From contig NW_025767406.1 in assembly GCF_003918875.1 (NCBI RefSeq), positions 310,001 to 374,000 on the forward strand: a stretch of 64,000 nucleotides of DNA, written 5' to 3'. The stretch comes from Haliotis rubra (lineage: Eukaryota). Position numbers and translations under genes: made by a program. The notes beneath the pieces are model-generated. The model was not told where the DNA came from. It saw nothing but the letters and a program-made list of their open reading frames with translations, and searched no databases. This document shows positions 35,076 through 49,094 of the stretch, piece by piece (the stretch's first letter is position 1; each line of letters opens with the position of its first letter).

Positions 35076-38005
35076 CTTCTTCTTATTCGTCCATCGTTGA
35101 TCGATGAGGACCATTTCATCACATCGTTGTCATTGATCTGGTTTGTGGTCTGTAAGTGACTTGTTAGACCAATCCGGGCACGGAAGTTCTTCCCACATGT
35201 AGGACACTCGTGACCTGTTTGTAGTTGTAGAGGTAGTCGCTGCACTTGCCTTGCGAAGAGTACGTTTCTTCATGCACTCCTCAATTCTGGTCGCTTCTGC
35301 CTGTTTTGCCCTGTTGTGTCTGCTCGGCAGAACGATCCTGAGCCGGTTCTTGCCATGTTTCAGTGCATATGCCGAAGTTTTTAAGTGATCTCTTCAGACA
35401 GTCTTTGTATCGCTTGCGCTGACCACCCACTTGCCTGGCTCCAGATGAAAGTTCACCAAACAACAGTTGTTTAGGGATCCTGGTGTCGTGTGCCAGATGT
35501 CACCTGACCAGCGAACTTGTGAACGTTGTAGAACGTTGGTGATCGAGGGTAGTTTAGCCCGAGTGAGTACTTCAGTGTCAGGTAGTTTGTCTGACCACTT
35601 GATGCATCAGTCTACGTAAACAGGTCATCGAGAAGTGATTCAGTTTCATAGCATGTCTTGCTTGAACTGTCCATGTTTCACAGGCATATAACAGTGCTGT
35701 CGCCACAACAGCCCTGTCAACTTTCAGCTTTGTCTCCAGTTTTATGCCTCGACACTCCCATACTTTCAGGCCTGTCGAATGCTTTTGTCAGGTCCATGAA
35801 TGTTGTGTATAGGTCTTGGTGCTGTTCTTAGCACTTTCCCTGTAATTGTCGGGCTGTAAACACCATGTCTGCTGTACCTCTATTAGCTCGGAAACCACAT
35901 TGGCTTTCTGGTAGCAGGCCATCTTCGAGGTGCAGTATGAGTCGGTTTAGTAGGACTCTTGCGAGGATCTTTCCCGCTATGCTCAGAAGGAAGATGCCCC
36001 TGTGATTGTCACAGACTTTTCTGTTTCCCTTTCTCTTGCATATGTGAACAACTGATGCGTCTTTGAATTGTTGCGGTAGTTCACCCTTGCTCCAGCATGA
36101 TGCTAGCACGCCTAGTAGTTGTTGTATCAGAGTATCTCCACTAGCTTTGTATATTTCTGCCGGGATAGCATCTGAGCCTGGGGATTTGCCACATGAAAGC
36201 TGCTTGATTGCTTTTCTTACTTCTCCAGTGGAGGGTGTTGTGTCCATGATCTCATTTATAGTGATTTGCGGAAGGCGACCTATGGCTTCATCATTGATGG
36301 ATGAAAGTCTGTTGAGGACGGAGTCAAAGTGCTCTGCCCATCTGTCCACAATGCTCTCACGATCAGTGAGCAGAGTGGAGTTATCAGCGCTCATGACTGG
36401 GGATGTTCCTGATGGTTGTTGGCCATAAACGACTTTGAAAGCATCCTAAAAGCGCTTGGAGTCGTGCATGTCATCGAATTTCTGTATCTCTTCAGACTTA
36501 TTTTGAAGCCACGTGTCTTGTATCTGCCGTAGTCTAGACTGATCAATCTCCGTGCACGCGTAAAAAGAATCTTTCTTTGGGACTGATGTTGGGTCTTGTG
36601 AGTGAGCACGATGAAGCTCATGTTTCCTGGACAGCATGGACTGGATCTCCATGTCATTTTCGTCGAACCAGTCTTACAAATAGTAAACAGTGTCTCTGAA
36701 TTTAGATCAATTTTCCTCAACACAATCGTTGTCAAGAGAAATGTCTGTGAGTTTATTGTGGAGATCCTTGGCTACGCGATCAGCCGTGTCGTCGTCTTTC
36801 AGCTTGGAGACGTCGATACGCTTAAGTACTTTCTTCCCTTGAGGTCCACGTTTGGAGGCTCACTTTGGACAACACAAGTCGATGATCAGTTCAGCATTCT
36901 GCATCACACATTGCCTTTGTCGTCATCACCTCTTTCCTGTCTGTTTTCCTTGTGATAATATAATCAATCATGTGCCAATGTTTGGACCGTGGATGCATCC
37001 AGGTTGTCTTGTCTCACGGAAAACAGTATTGGTGATAAGTAGGTTGTGAGTGGTACAGGTCCTCAAAAGGAGTGTTCCATTAGTGTTGCATTTGCCCACA
37101 CCATTGTACCCAATTGTGCCCTACCAGGTAGAGTGATCTATGCCGACTCTAGCATTGAAATCGCCCAACAGGAACAGCTTCTTTGATACTTTGGCGATGA
37201 GGTTGTCCAACTCTTCGTAGAACTGGTCTTTGACTTCTTCTGGGTTGGTCATTGTCGGGGCATAGAAGCTGATCAATGTAGCTTGTTTGTAATTCCCAAC
37301 AGGAATTTGCAGTGTCATAAGCCTGGCATTGACACCTTTGGGCAAGCTTGTAAGGTTACTGACTAGATGAGATTTTATAGCAAATCCCACGCCAGCTTCT
37401 CTCCGCTCCTTTGCACTGCGACCGCTCCAAAAGAGCGTATAGCCAGGTATAGCCAGGTATAGCCAGGTATAGCCAGGTATAGCCAGGTATAGCCAGGTAT
37501 AGCCAGCTCTGTTTTCTGTCAGCTGGTCCTCATCAGGAAGTCTTGTTTCTTGCAAGGCTGCTGTATCCACGTTGTAGCGACTGAGCTCACGTGAAACAAG
37601 TTTTGTGCGCCTAGCTGGTCTTTCTGCATTTGGGTTGTCCATAAGGGTACGTACATTCCATGTCCTATGGGTGATGAGGAAACCTTTTTATGTTGGTATT
37701 TTCGACCACATACTGGGGAGCCCTGCTAGTCGCGATATGCTAACCCGGGTGTGTTGAAGCAGGCAATTTTTAGGTCACCTTTTCTAGACCCTTCCTCATT
37801 CTTTGGTGGTGAGCAGTGCGGTCCTAAAAAGGACTGCTCGGACACTCAGGATGCTGCCTAGGTCCATCGCTGCTTCGTTCAATGAGAAGGCGACCAATGT
37901 CCTGAGCCGCCTGTGTGCAGGTTTTGCGTCTGCAGCTGCCAGTGTGTCCACACCTGCTGCGTCGTCGAGCGCTCGTCGCCACAGGGCTTAAGGTTGATGT
38001 TTTCA
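35076..38005 (-). mobile_element. Near-full-length decayed RTE (BovB-type) LINE: 5'UTR, AP endonuclease, partly deleted RT, (AAG)n tail
   Basis: ORF 37121-37642 (AALQETR, GYTLFWSG, GVGFAI, YAPT, LGDFNARVG); ORF 35828-36394 (GKSPGSDAIPAE, NHRGIFLLSIAGKILA, ESQCGFR..RGTADM); stops and frameshifts; flanks acgtcacatat on both sides. Confidence 0.95.
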
Positions 38006-41000
38006 ACGTCACATATATCCACACCCTGTCAGTTCTGTACGGCTGGTATATCCATACCCTGCCAGTTCTGTACGTCACATATACCCACATCCTGCCAGTT
38101 CTGTACGTCACATATACCTACCCTGCCAGTTCTGTACGTCACATGTACCCATACCCTGCCAGTTCTGTACGTCACATGTACCCACACCCTGTCAGTTCTG
38201 TGTGTCACATATACCCACCCTGTCAGTTCTGTACGTCACATATATCCACCCTGTCAGTTCTGTGTACGTCACATATATCCACACCCTGCCACTTCTGTGC
38301 GTCATATATACCCACATCCTGCCAGTTCTGTACGTCACATATACCCACCCTGTCAGTTCTGTACGTCACATATACCCACATCCTGCCAGTTCTGTACGTC
38401 ACATATACCCACACCCTGTCAGTTCTGTACGTCACATATACCCACACCCTGTCAGTTCTGTACGTCACATATACCCACCCTGCCAGTTCTGTTCGTCACA
38501 TATACCCACACCCTGCCAGTTCTGTACGTCACATGTACTCACCCTGTCAGTTCTGTACGTCACATATACCCACCCTGTCAGTTCTGTACGTCACATATAT
38601 CCACCCTGTCAGTTCTGTACGGCTGGTATATCCATACCCTGCCAGTTCTGTACGTCACATGTACCCACCCTGTCAGTTCTGTACGTCACATGTACCCACA
38701 CCCTGTCAGTTCTGTGCGTCACATATACCCACACCCTGTCAGTTCTGTACACATGTCGTCATATACCCACACCCCCTGTCAGTTCTGTGTCACATATACC
38801 CACACCCTGTCAGTTCTGTGCGTCACATATATCCACACTGTCAGTTCTGCCATATATACCCACCCTGTCAGTTCTGTACGTCACATATACCCACACCCTG
38901 TCAGTTCTGTACGTCACATATACCCACCCTGCCAGTTCTGTACGTCACATATATTCTTGTCAGTTCCACACCCTGTCAGTTCTGTACGTCACATATACCA
39001 CACCCTGTCAGTTCTGTACGTCATATATACCCACATATGCCAGTTCTGTACGTCACATATACCCACCCTGTCAGTTCTGTACGTCACATATATCCACACC
39101 CTGTCAGTTCTGTACGTCACATTACATATACCCACCCTGTCAGTTCTGTACGTCACATATACCCACCCTGTCAGTTCTGTACGTCACATATACCCACACC
39201 CTGTCAGTTCTGTACTGTCACATATGTACGTCACATATACCCACACCCTGTCACAGTCCCTTGTCCAGTTCTACACTCTGTCCAGTTCTTGTAATGTCAC
39301 ATATACCCACCCTGTCAGTTCTGTACGTCACATATATCCACACCCTGTCAGTTCTGTCAGTTCTGTACGTCACATATACCCACACCCTGTCAGTTCTGTA
39401 CGTCACATATCCACACACCCTGCCAGTTCTGTACGTCACATATACCCACACCCTGTCAGTTCATATGTCAGTTCTGTACGTCACATATACCCACCCTGTC
39501 AGTTCTGTACGTCACATATACCCACACCCTGTCAGTTCTGTACGTCACATATACCCACACCCTGTCAGTTCTGTACGTCACATATACCCACACCCTGTCA
39601 GTTCTGTACGTCACATATACCCCACCCTGTCAGTTCTGTACGTCACATATACCCACACCCTGTCAGTTCTGTACGTCACATATATCCACACCCTGCCAGT
39701 TCTGTACGTCACATATACCCACACCCTGTCAGTTCTGTACGTCACATATACCCACCCTGTCAGTTCTGTACGTCACATATACCCATACCCTGTCAGTTCT
39801 GTACGTCACATATATCCATCCTGTCAGTTCTTGTACGTTCACGTCCATGTACCCACAGTTCCACCCCTGTCAGTTCTGTACGTCACATATACCCACACCC
39901 TGCCAGTTCTGTACGTCACATATACCCACCCTGTCAGTTCTGTACGTCACATATACCCACCCTGTCAGTTCTGTACGTCACATATATCCACCCTGTCAGT
40001 TCTGTACGTCACATATACCCACACCCTGCCAGTTCTGTACGTCACATATATACATGTCCCCTGCCAGTTCTGTACGTCACATATACCCACATCCTGTCAG
40101 TTCTGTACGTCATATCCCACCCTGTCAGTTCTGTACGTCACATATACCCACCCTGTCAGTTCTGTACGTCACATATATCCACCCTGTCAGTTCTGTACGT
40201 CACATATACCCACACCCTGCCAGTTCTGTACGTCACATATACCCACACCCTGCCAGTTCTGTACGTCACATATACCCACACCCTGTCAGTTCTGTACGTC
40301 ACATATACCACACCCTGTACTGTACGTCACACACCCTGTCAGTTCTGTACGTCACATATACCCACCCTGTCAGTTCTGTACGTCACATATACCCACCCTG
40401 TCAGTTCTGTACGTCACATATACCCACACCCTGCCAGTTCTGTACGTCACATATACCCACACCCTGCCAGTTCTGTGCGTCACATATATACCCACACCCT
40501 GTCAGTTCTGTACGTCACATATACCCACACCCTGTCAGTTCTGTACGTCACATATATACCCCACACCCTGTCAGTTCTGTACGTCACATATATACCCACA
40601 CCCTGTCAGTTCTGTTCGTCCACATAGTTATCACACCCTGCCAGTTCTGTACGTCACATATACCCACACCCTGTCAGTTCTGTACGTCACATATACCCAC
40701 ACCCTGCCAGTTCTGTACGTCACATATACCCAACACCCTGCCAGTTCTGTACGTCACATATACCCACACCCTGCCAGTTCTGTACGTCACATATACCCAT
40801 ACCCTGTCAGTTCTGTACGTCACATATACCCACCCTGTCAGTTCTGTACGTCACATATATCCACACCCTGTCAGTTCTGTACGTCACATATACCCACACC
40901 CTGCCAGTTCTGTACGTCACATATACCCACACCCTGCCAGTTCTGTACGTCACATATACCCACACCCTGCCAGTTCTGTACGTCACATATACCCACCCTG

Positions 41001-42265
41001 TCAGTTCTGTACGTCACATATACCCACCCTGTCAGTTCTGTCACATATACGTCACCCTGTCATATGTCACATATACCCACACCCTGTCAGTTCTGTACGT
41101 CACATATACCCATATCCACCCTGCCAGTTCTGTACGTCACATATACCCACCCTGTCAGTTCTGTGCGTCATATATATCCATACCCTGTCAGTTCTGTACG
41201 TCACATATATCCATACCCTGCCAGTTCTGTACGTCACATATACCCACACCCTGCCAGTTCTGTACGTCACATATACCCACACCCTGCCAGTTCTGTACGT
41301 CACATGTACCCACCCTGTCAGTTCTGTACGTCACATATATCCACCCTGTCAGTTCTGTACGTCACATATATCCACCCTGTCAGTTCTGTACGTCCCATAT
41401 ACCCCCACCCTGTCAGTTCTGTACGTCACATATATACCCACACCCTGCCAGTTCTGTACGTCACATATACCCACCCTGTCAGTTCTGTACGTCACATATA
41501 CCAGTTCTTGTACGTCACATATACCCACAGCTCTGTGCGTCATATATATCCATACCCTGTCAGTTCTGTACGTCACATATACCCACACCCTGCCAGTTCT
41601 GTACGTCATCATATATCCACACCCTGTCAGTTCTGTACGTCACATATACCCACCCTGTCAGTTCTGTGCGTCATATATATCCATACCCTGTCAGTTCTGT
41701 ACGTCACATATACCCACACCCTGTCAGTTCTGTACGTCACATATACCCACACCCTGTCAGTTCTGTACGTCACATATACCCACACTCTGTCAGTTCTGTA
41801 CGTCACATATACCAACATCCTGCCAGTTCTGTACGTCACATATACCCATACCCTGCCAGTTCTGTACGTCACATATACCCACACCCTGCCAGTTCTGTAC
41901 GTCACATATACCCACACCCTGCCAGTTCTGTACGTCACATATACCCACACCCTGCCAGTTCTGTACGTCACATATACCCACCCTGTCAGTTCTGTACGTC
42001 ATATATCCATACCCTGTCAGTTCTGCTCGTCACATATATCCACCCTGTCAGTTCTGTACGTCACATATACCCACCCTGTCAGTTCTGTACGTCACATATA
42101 CCCACACCCTGCCAGTTATGTACGTCACATATACCCACACCCTACCAGTTCTGTGCGTCATATATATCCATACCCTGTCAGTTATGTACGTCACATATAC
42201 CCACCCTGCCATATATGTACGTCATATATATCCACACCCTGTCAGTTCTGTACGTCACATATATC
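38006..42265. repeat. 33/31-bp satellite (ccctgYcagttctgtacgtcacatataccc[ac]a), ~130 copies
   Basis: Continuous homogeneous array; unit lacks + strand stop codons in all three frames. Confidence 0.97.
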
Positions 42266-42794
42266 ATGCCAGCTCCGCTCCAAAGATCCTATTGTTCACG
42301 CTGGTACAGTACTGGGAGGTCCCCAATCAATCTGTCTTCCTTGGGATAATATAGGGTTAGGATAAATGTTAATGGCCGTGTAAAGTAAGTAATATTTTCT
42401 TCACGCGCTAACACATTCGCTTTTATTCAGAATTAGGGTGGGTTTTTCCCATATGTAAATTATGATCTAAAATAAGCATCATATTCAAAGGTTTGTTTCT
42501 GAGTATAAGCAAATTGTGATCTCAAGTAAGCATCGTATTCGCCACCGTAGCCTCACATCCTCCCTCACAGCTAGCTTGCCTCAAACATTAACCTGACGTT
42601 CGGCGACACAACAGAAAACACTGTCTAAAGCGGCGTTAACGCCCAAGTCATCAACTCTCTTCAATGTTAGTTGCCATCGACGAAAAACACAGGCAACGAT
42701 GAGCCTGTCTTGGATCGCCATGGCAGTAATCAATACTATTGCCATTGGGTACAAACTCGGTACGTGAACACTTTATGTCACTTAAATTGGAAAG

Positions 42795-45700
42795 AAGGTT
42801 GGGTGGCGATAGAAGCGGCTGGGTAGCGCAAAAAAGCGGTTGGGTAGCGTAAAAGGCGGTTTGGTAACTTAAAGGGCGGATGGGTAGCTTATAGGGCGAT
42901 TAGGTAGCGTAAAAGGCAGTAGGGTAACTTAAAGGCCCGTTGGGTAGCTTAAAGAGCGGTTGGATAACTTAAAGGGGAGCTTGGGTAGCTTATAGGGCGG
43001 TTAGGTAGCTTAAAGGGGGCTTGGGTAACGAAAAGGGCGGTTGGTAGCTTATAGGGCGGTTAGGTAGCTTAAAGGGGGCTTGGGTAATTTAAAGGGCGGT
43101 TGGTAGCTTATAGGGCGGTTAGGTAGCTTAAAGGGGGCTTGGGTAACGAAAAGGGCGGTTGGTAGCGTATAGGGCGGTTAGGTAGCTTAAAGGGGGCTTG
43201 GGTAACGAAAAGGGCGATTGGTAGCTTATAGGGCGGTTAGGTAGTTTAAAGGGGCTTGGGTAATTTAAAGGGCGGTTGGGTAGCTTATAGGGCGGTTAGG
43301 TAGCTTAAAGGGGGCTTGGGTAACAAAAGGGCGGTTGGTAGCTTATAGGGCGGTTGGGTAACCTATCTTAGACGGTTAGATAGCTTAAAGGGCGATTGAG
43401 TAACTTCAAGGGCAATTAGGTAGCTTAAAGGGGGCTTGGGTAATTTAAAGGGCGGTTGGGTAGCTTATAGGGCGGTTAGGTAGCTTAAAGGGGGCTTGGG
43501 TAACGAAAAGGGCGGTTGGTAGCTCATAGGGCGGTTAGGTAGCTTAAAGGGGGCTTGGGTAACGAAAAGGGCGGTTGGGTAGCTTAAAGGGAGCTTGGGT
43601 AACGGAAAGGGCGATTGGGTAGCTTATAGGGCGATTGGGTAGCTTAAAGGGGCCCTTGGGTAACGAAAAGGGCGGTTAGTAGCTTAAAGGGGCTTGGGTA
43701 ACGAAAAGGGCGGTTGGGTAGGTAATAGGGCGGTTAGGTAGCTTTAAGGGGGCTTGGGTAACGAAAAAGGCGATTGGTAGCCTATAGGGCGGTTTGGTAG
43801 CTTAAAGGGGGCTTGGGTAACGAAAAGGGCGGTTGGTAGCTTATAGGGCGGTTAGGTAGCTAAAGGAGCTTGGGTAACGAAAAGTGCGGTTGGTAGCTTA
43901 TAGGCAGTTAGGTAGCAAAGGGGCTTGGGTAACAAAGGGCGGTTGGTAGCTTATAGGGCGGTTAGGTAGCTTAAAGGGGGCTTGGGTAATTTAAAGGGCG
44001 GTTGGTAGCTTATAGGGCGGTTAGGTAGCTTAAAGGGGGCTTGGGTAACGGAAAGGGCGATTGGGTAGCTTATAGGGCGATTGGGTAGCTTAAAGGGGCC
44101 CTTGGGTAACGAAAAGGGCGGTTAGTAGCTTAAAGGGGCTTGGGTAACGAAAAGGGCGGTTGGGTAGGTAATAGGGCGGTTAGGTAGCTTTAAAGGGGCT
44201 TGGGTAACGAAAAGGGCGATTGGTAGCCTATAGGGCGGTTTGGTAGCTTAAAGGGGGCTTGGGTAACGAAAAGGGCGGTTGGTAGCTTATAGGGCGGTTA
44301 GGTAGCTTAAAGGGGAGCTTGGGTAACGAAAAGGGCGGTTGGTAGCTTATAGGGCAGTTAGGTAGCTTAAAGGGGGCTTGGGTAACAAAAAGGGCGGTTG
44401 GTAGCTTATAGGGCGGTTAGGTAGCTTAAAGGGGGCTTGGGTAACGAAAAGGGCGGTTGGTAGCTTATAGGGCGGTTGGGTAGCTTAAAGGGGGCTTGGG
44501 TAACGAAAAGGGCGGTTGGTAGCTTATAGGGCGGTTAGGTAGCTTAAAGGGGGCTTGAGTAACAAAAGGGCGGTTGGTAGCTTATAGGGCGGTTGGGTAA
44601 CCTATCTTAGACGGTCAGATAGCTTAAAGGGCGATTGAGTAACTTCAAGGGCAATTAGGTAGCTTAAAGGGCGGTTGGGTCGCTTAAAGGGGAGCTTGGG
44701 TAACGAAAAGGGCGGTCGGTAGCTTATAGGGCGGTTGGGTTGCTTAAAGGGGGCTTGGTTAACGAAAAGGGCGATTGGGTAGCTTATAGGGCGGTTAGGT
44801 AACCTATCTTAGACGGTTAGATAGCTTAAAAGGCGATTGAGTAACTTCAAGGGCAATTAGGTAGCTAAAAGGACGGTTGGGTCGCTTGAAGGGCGATTGG
44901 GTAGCTTGAAGGACGATTGGGTAGCTTGATTGGCGTTTGGGTTGCTTAAAGGGTGTTGTTTTTAGCTTAAAGGACGGTTGGGTAGCTTAAAGGACGGTTT
45001 GGGAGGGTTAGGGGCGATTGGGTAGCTTAAAGGGCGATTGGGTAGCTTGAAGGGTGTTTTTTAGCTTAGAGAACGGTTGGGTACCTTAAAGGGCGATTGG
45101 GTAGCTTGAAGGGCGATTGGGTAGCTTGATTGGCGTTTGGGTACCTTAAAGGGCGTTTGGGTAGCTTAAGGGTGTTTTTTTAGCTTAAAGGACGGTTGGG
45201 TACCTTAAAGGGCGTTTTTTTAGCTTAAAAAACGGTTGGCTAGCTTAAAGAACGGTTGGCTAGCTTAAAGGGCGGTTGGGTAGCTTAGAGGGCGGTTGGG
45301 TAGCTTACAGGGTGTTTTTGTTTTAGCTTAAAGAACGGTTGGGTAGCTTAAAGAACGGTTGTGTAGCTTTAAGGACGGTTGGGGAGGGATAGGGGCGATT
45401 GGGTAGCTTAAAGGGCGATTGGGCTCACAGGGTGTTAGGTTTTAGCTTAAAGAACGGTTGGGTAGCTTAGGGTGGTTTTTTAGCTTAAAGAACGGTTAGG
45501 TAGCTTAAAAGAACGGTTAGCAAGGGCGATTGGGTAAGGGCGGTTAGGTAGCTTAAAAGGGTGTTTTAAGGGAACGATTGGGTAGCTTAAAAGGGCGATT
45601 GGGTAGCGAAGGGCGATTGGGTAGCTTAAAAAGGTTTGGTAGCTTACAGGGTTTTTGTTTAAAAGAACGGTTGGGTAGCTTAAAGAACGGTTGGGTAGCT

Positions 45701-47280
45701 TTAAAGGGCGGTTAGAGGGGGGAAGCTTAAAGGGCGGTTTGATAGCTTACAGGGTGTTTTGTTTTAGCTTAAAGAACGGTTGGGTAGCTTAAAGAACGGT
45801 TGTGTAGCTTAAAGGGCGGTTGGGGAGGGTTAGGGGCGATAGGGTAGCTTAAAGGGCGATTGGGTAGCTTGAAGGGCGATTGGGTAGCTTGAAGGGCGAT
45901 TGGGTAGCTTACAGGGGTGTTTTGTTTTAGCTTAAAGAACGGTTGGGTAGCTTAAAGAACGGTTGTGTAGCTTAAAGGGCGGTTGGGTAGCTTAAAGGGC
46001 GGTTTGGTAGCTTACAGGGTGTTTTTGTTTTAGCTTAAAGAACGGTTGGGTAGCTTAAAGAACGGTTGTGTAGCTTAAAGGACGGTTGGGGAGGGTTAGG
46101 GGCGATTGGGTAGCTTAAAAGGCGATTGGGTAGCTTGAAGGGCAATTGGGTAGCTTGAAGGGCGATTGGGTAGCCTAAAGGGTGTTTTTGTAGCTTAAAG
46201 GACGGTTGGGTGGCTTGAAGGGCGATTGGGTAGCTTACAGGGTGTTTTGTTTTAGCGTTTAAAGAACGGTTTGGGTTAACGCAAGAACGGTTGTAGAACG
46301 GTTGGGTAGCTTAAAGGGCGGTTGGGTAGCTTAAAGGGCGGGATAGGGCGTTTGGGTAGCTTAAAGGGCGATTGGGTAGCTTACAAGGTGTTTTTTTAGC
46401 TTAAAGGACGGTTGGGTAGCTTGAAGGGCGATTGGGTAGCTTAAAGGGTGTTTGGGTAGCTTAAAGGACGGTTGGGTAGCTTGAAGGGCGATTGGGTAGC
46501 TATTGGTTTTTTAGCTTAAAGGGCGTTTGGGTAGCTTGAAGGGCGATTGGGTAGCTTAAAGGGCGGTTGGGTAGCTTAACGGGCGGTTTTAGCTTAAAGG
46601 GTGTTTGGGTAGCTTAAAGGACGGTTGGGTAGCTTGAAGGGCGTTGGGTAGCTTAAAAAGGGCGTTTGGGTAGCTTAAGGGTGTGTTTTTAGCTTAAAGG
46701 TGTGTTTTTTAGCTTAAGGACGTTTGGGTAGCTTAAAAGGGCGGTTGGGTAGCTTACAGGGTGTTTTTTTAAAGGAACGTTTGGGTAGCTTAAAGAACTG
46801 TTGGGTAGCTTAAAGAACGGTTGGGTAGCTTAAAGGACGGTTGGGTAGCTTGAAGGGCGATTGGGTAGCTCGAAGGGCGATTGGGTAGCTTGAAGGGCGA
46901 TTGGGTAGCTTAAAGGGTGTTTTTTTAGCTTAAAGGACGGTTGGGTAGCTTGAAGGGCGATTGGGTAGCTTAAAGGGTGTTTGGGTACCTTAAAGGGTGT
47001 GTTTTTTAGATTAAAGGACGGTTGGGTAGCTTAAAGGGCGGTTGGGTAGCTTACGGGGTGTTTTTGTTTTAGCTTAAAGGGCGATTGGGTAGCTTAAAGG
47101 GTGTTTTTGTTTTAGCTTAAAGAACGGTTGGGTAGCTTAAAAGACGGTTGTGTAGCTTAGAGGATGTTTGGGTACCTTAAAGGGCAGCTGGGTAGCATTA
47201 GAGGCGATCTGGTAGCATTAAAGGCGGTTGGGTAGCTAAAAAGGCGGTTGGGAGTTTAAACGGCGGTTGGGTAGCTTGGA
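42795..47280. repeat. G-rich 20-bp satellite (gggcggttgggtagcttaaa) with ~60-bp higher-order trimer in its left half
   Basis: ~4.5 kb array; trimer gggcggttaggtagcttaaa/gggggcttgggtaacgaaaa/gggcggttggtagcttata over ~42960-44800. Confidence 0.97.
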
Positions 47281-49094
47281 GAGCGTGCCGTCAAACCCCT
47301 GTGTTTGATTCAGTACATCGGAGCGATGTGGGAAAGTAATTCTTGCTTTTTGTGATGTGACTAGAACATGCATAAGATCCCAGCCACTCACCCACCTAGT
47401 GTCACCACATTGATAGTGATTAATAAACACAACCTCGTGACACAATCGGAAACAATGGACGCCGAAAATAGAAAGTTATGATCAGGATGTAGTTTGGATT
47501 TCAACAAACCATCCGATAAAATATATACTTTGATAAATCGGAGCTCTCCCACATTTATACCTCAAACACTTTTAACATTTAAGTCGTTTCAAAACTCATG
47601 TTGACCCTCAACACGCCAAAATTATGGGACATGGGACTCGCTTAAATTTGCGTGTAGGACCCAAATACTTTGAAGAGTTGTTGTGGATATAGGGGGCGGT
47701 GGGGTAGCCTAGCCCATTTCTGGTGTCCCCCGCCGTGATGTTGCTGGAATATTGCTAAAAGCGGCGTAAAACCATACTCAGTCAGTCAGCCAGTGTTGTG
47801 GATATCATCTGCTTTATTCGTTAGACACGACGTTTCGGAGTTAATCCTTAGTCCTTCTGTCGTCCTGGAATGAATAGGAATTCCTCACGTCTTTCAAGGT
47901 GTATATACATATTTTAGGTTACAGAGCCGTGAAGCTACGGGTTAAAATTGATCATAACAAACCCATGCTTGTCGACTAACGGGATCGGGTGGTCAGGCTC
48001 GATGTCTTGGTTGACACATGTCATCGGTTCCCAATTGCGTAGATCGATGCTCATGCTGTTGATCACTGGATTGTCTGGTCTAGACTCGATTATTTACAGG
48101 CAGCTGGAATATTGCCGAGTGCGGCGTAAAACTAAACCTACTCACGCACTCACTAGTTAATTACCATAGTTCGCCTGTAGCTGTACATGTGTGCAGTTGT
48201 AGCCAGCGCTGACTGAATGCATCGCAACATGGCAGCAGGTTTGGTGTCATCGTTCACGAAGTAGGTCCGACTCATTTAATTACCAAAACATTTATGCGAA
48301 TAAACAGCGGATAATTCCATTTCAAGAGACTCTTCGTTTTCAGTTCGCTATGTCAGATGCTCAGTGTTCACAGGATCTTCGATATTCACAAGTGTAACTG
48401 GGTCCTCGCTGTGAGCAACTTTGTTACATCCACGGGAGGGCGTACTTTGTAAATCAGGAAGTTATTGCCTCGTGTGACCGTCCATGCGAGGAGCACCTTC
48501 TGTCTCCTCCAGACGGATGTGTTTTCTGGAGTTGTGTAAGTACTTCCTCTGTGTTCAGTAACAGGAACGTACACACTTTACAACACCAGGAAATCACCGC
48601 GTTTGAGGTGACGGAGATGAATGCCTTGAAAGATGTCATAAAGGTGTTGTTTGACCTTTGCTTGACTTTTGTTTGCAGATTTTGTTTGACTTTTGAGTGC
48701 GTGCGTGCGTACGTGAGTGCGTGAGTGAGTGAGGTGTTGTTTTACGCCGCTTATTAAGAATACCCAAGCAATGTTGCGACAGCGAACACCAGAATTGGCT
48801 TTCAAACATTGTACCTAGGTGAATAACAGGCGTAAGGAGAGAACGCTTGAAACCCCCTCGTCTGTCCATTTTGTACACCACACAGTATTATTTCAAAATT
48901 TAAAATACCTTTGTGTAAGTTCAGAAAGTGTGGCACTGACCCGTTAAAGCCAAAGAAATTAGTGTTTGGTTGTCTTCACTAGATATGAACGAGGATCAAA
49001 TGGTGTTATTAGTTTGACTGTTATAAATGTGGAGAATAGGGTTTCTGGGCAATTCTAATAGAATTTTATGCATTTCTATACAATTAACTGAGAT

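Noticed and set aside
37650-38005. HDV-like ribozyme in the RTE 5'UTR
   Set aside because: I could not identify the nested double-pseudoknot by eye; needs an RNArobo or Infernal search
37913-42365. ORFs of 904, 1387, 835 and 459 aa
   Set aside because: All three + frames are open because the 33/31-bp unit lacks stops; frames interchange at unit indels; no coding signature
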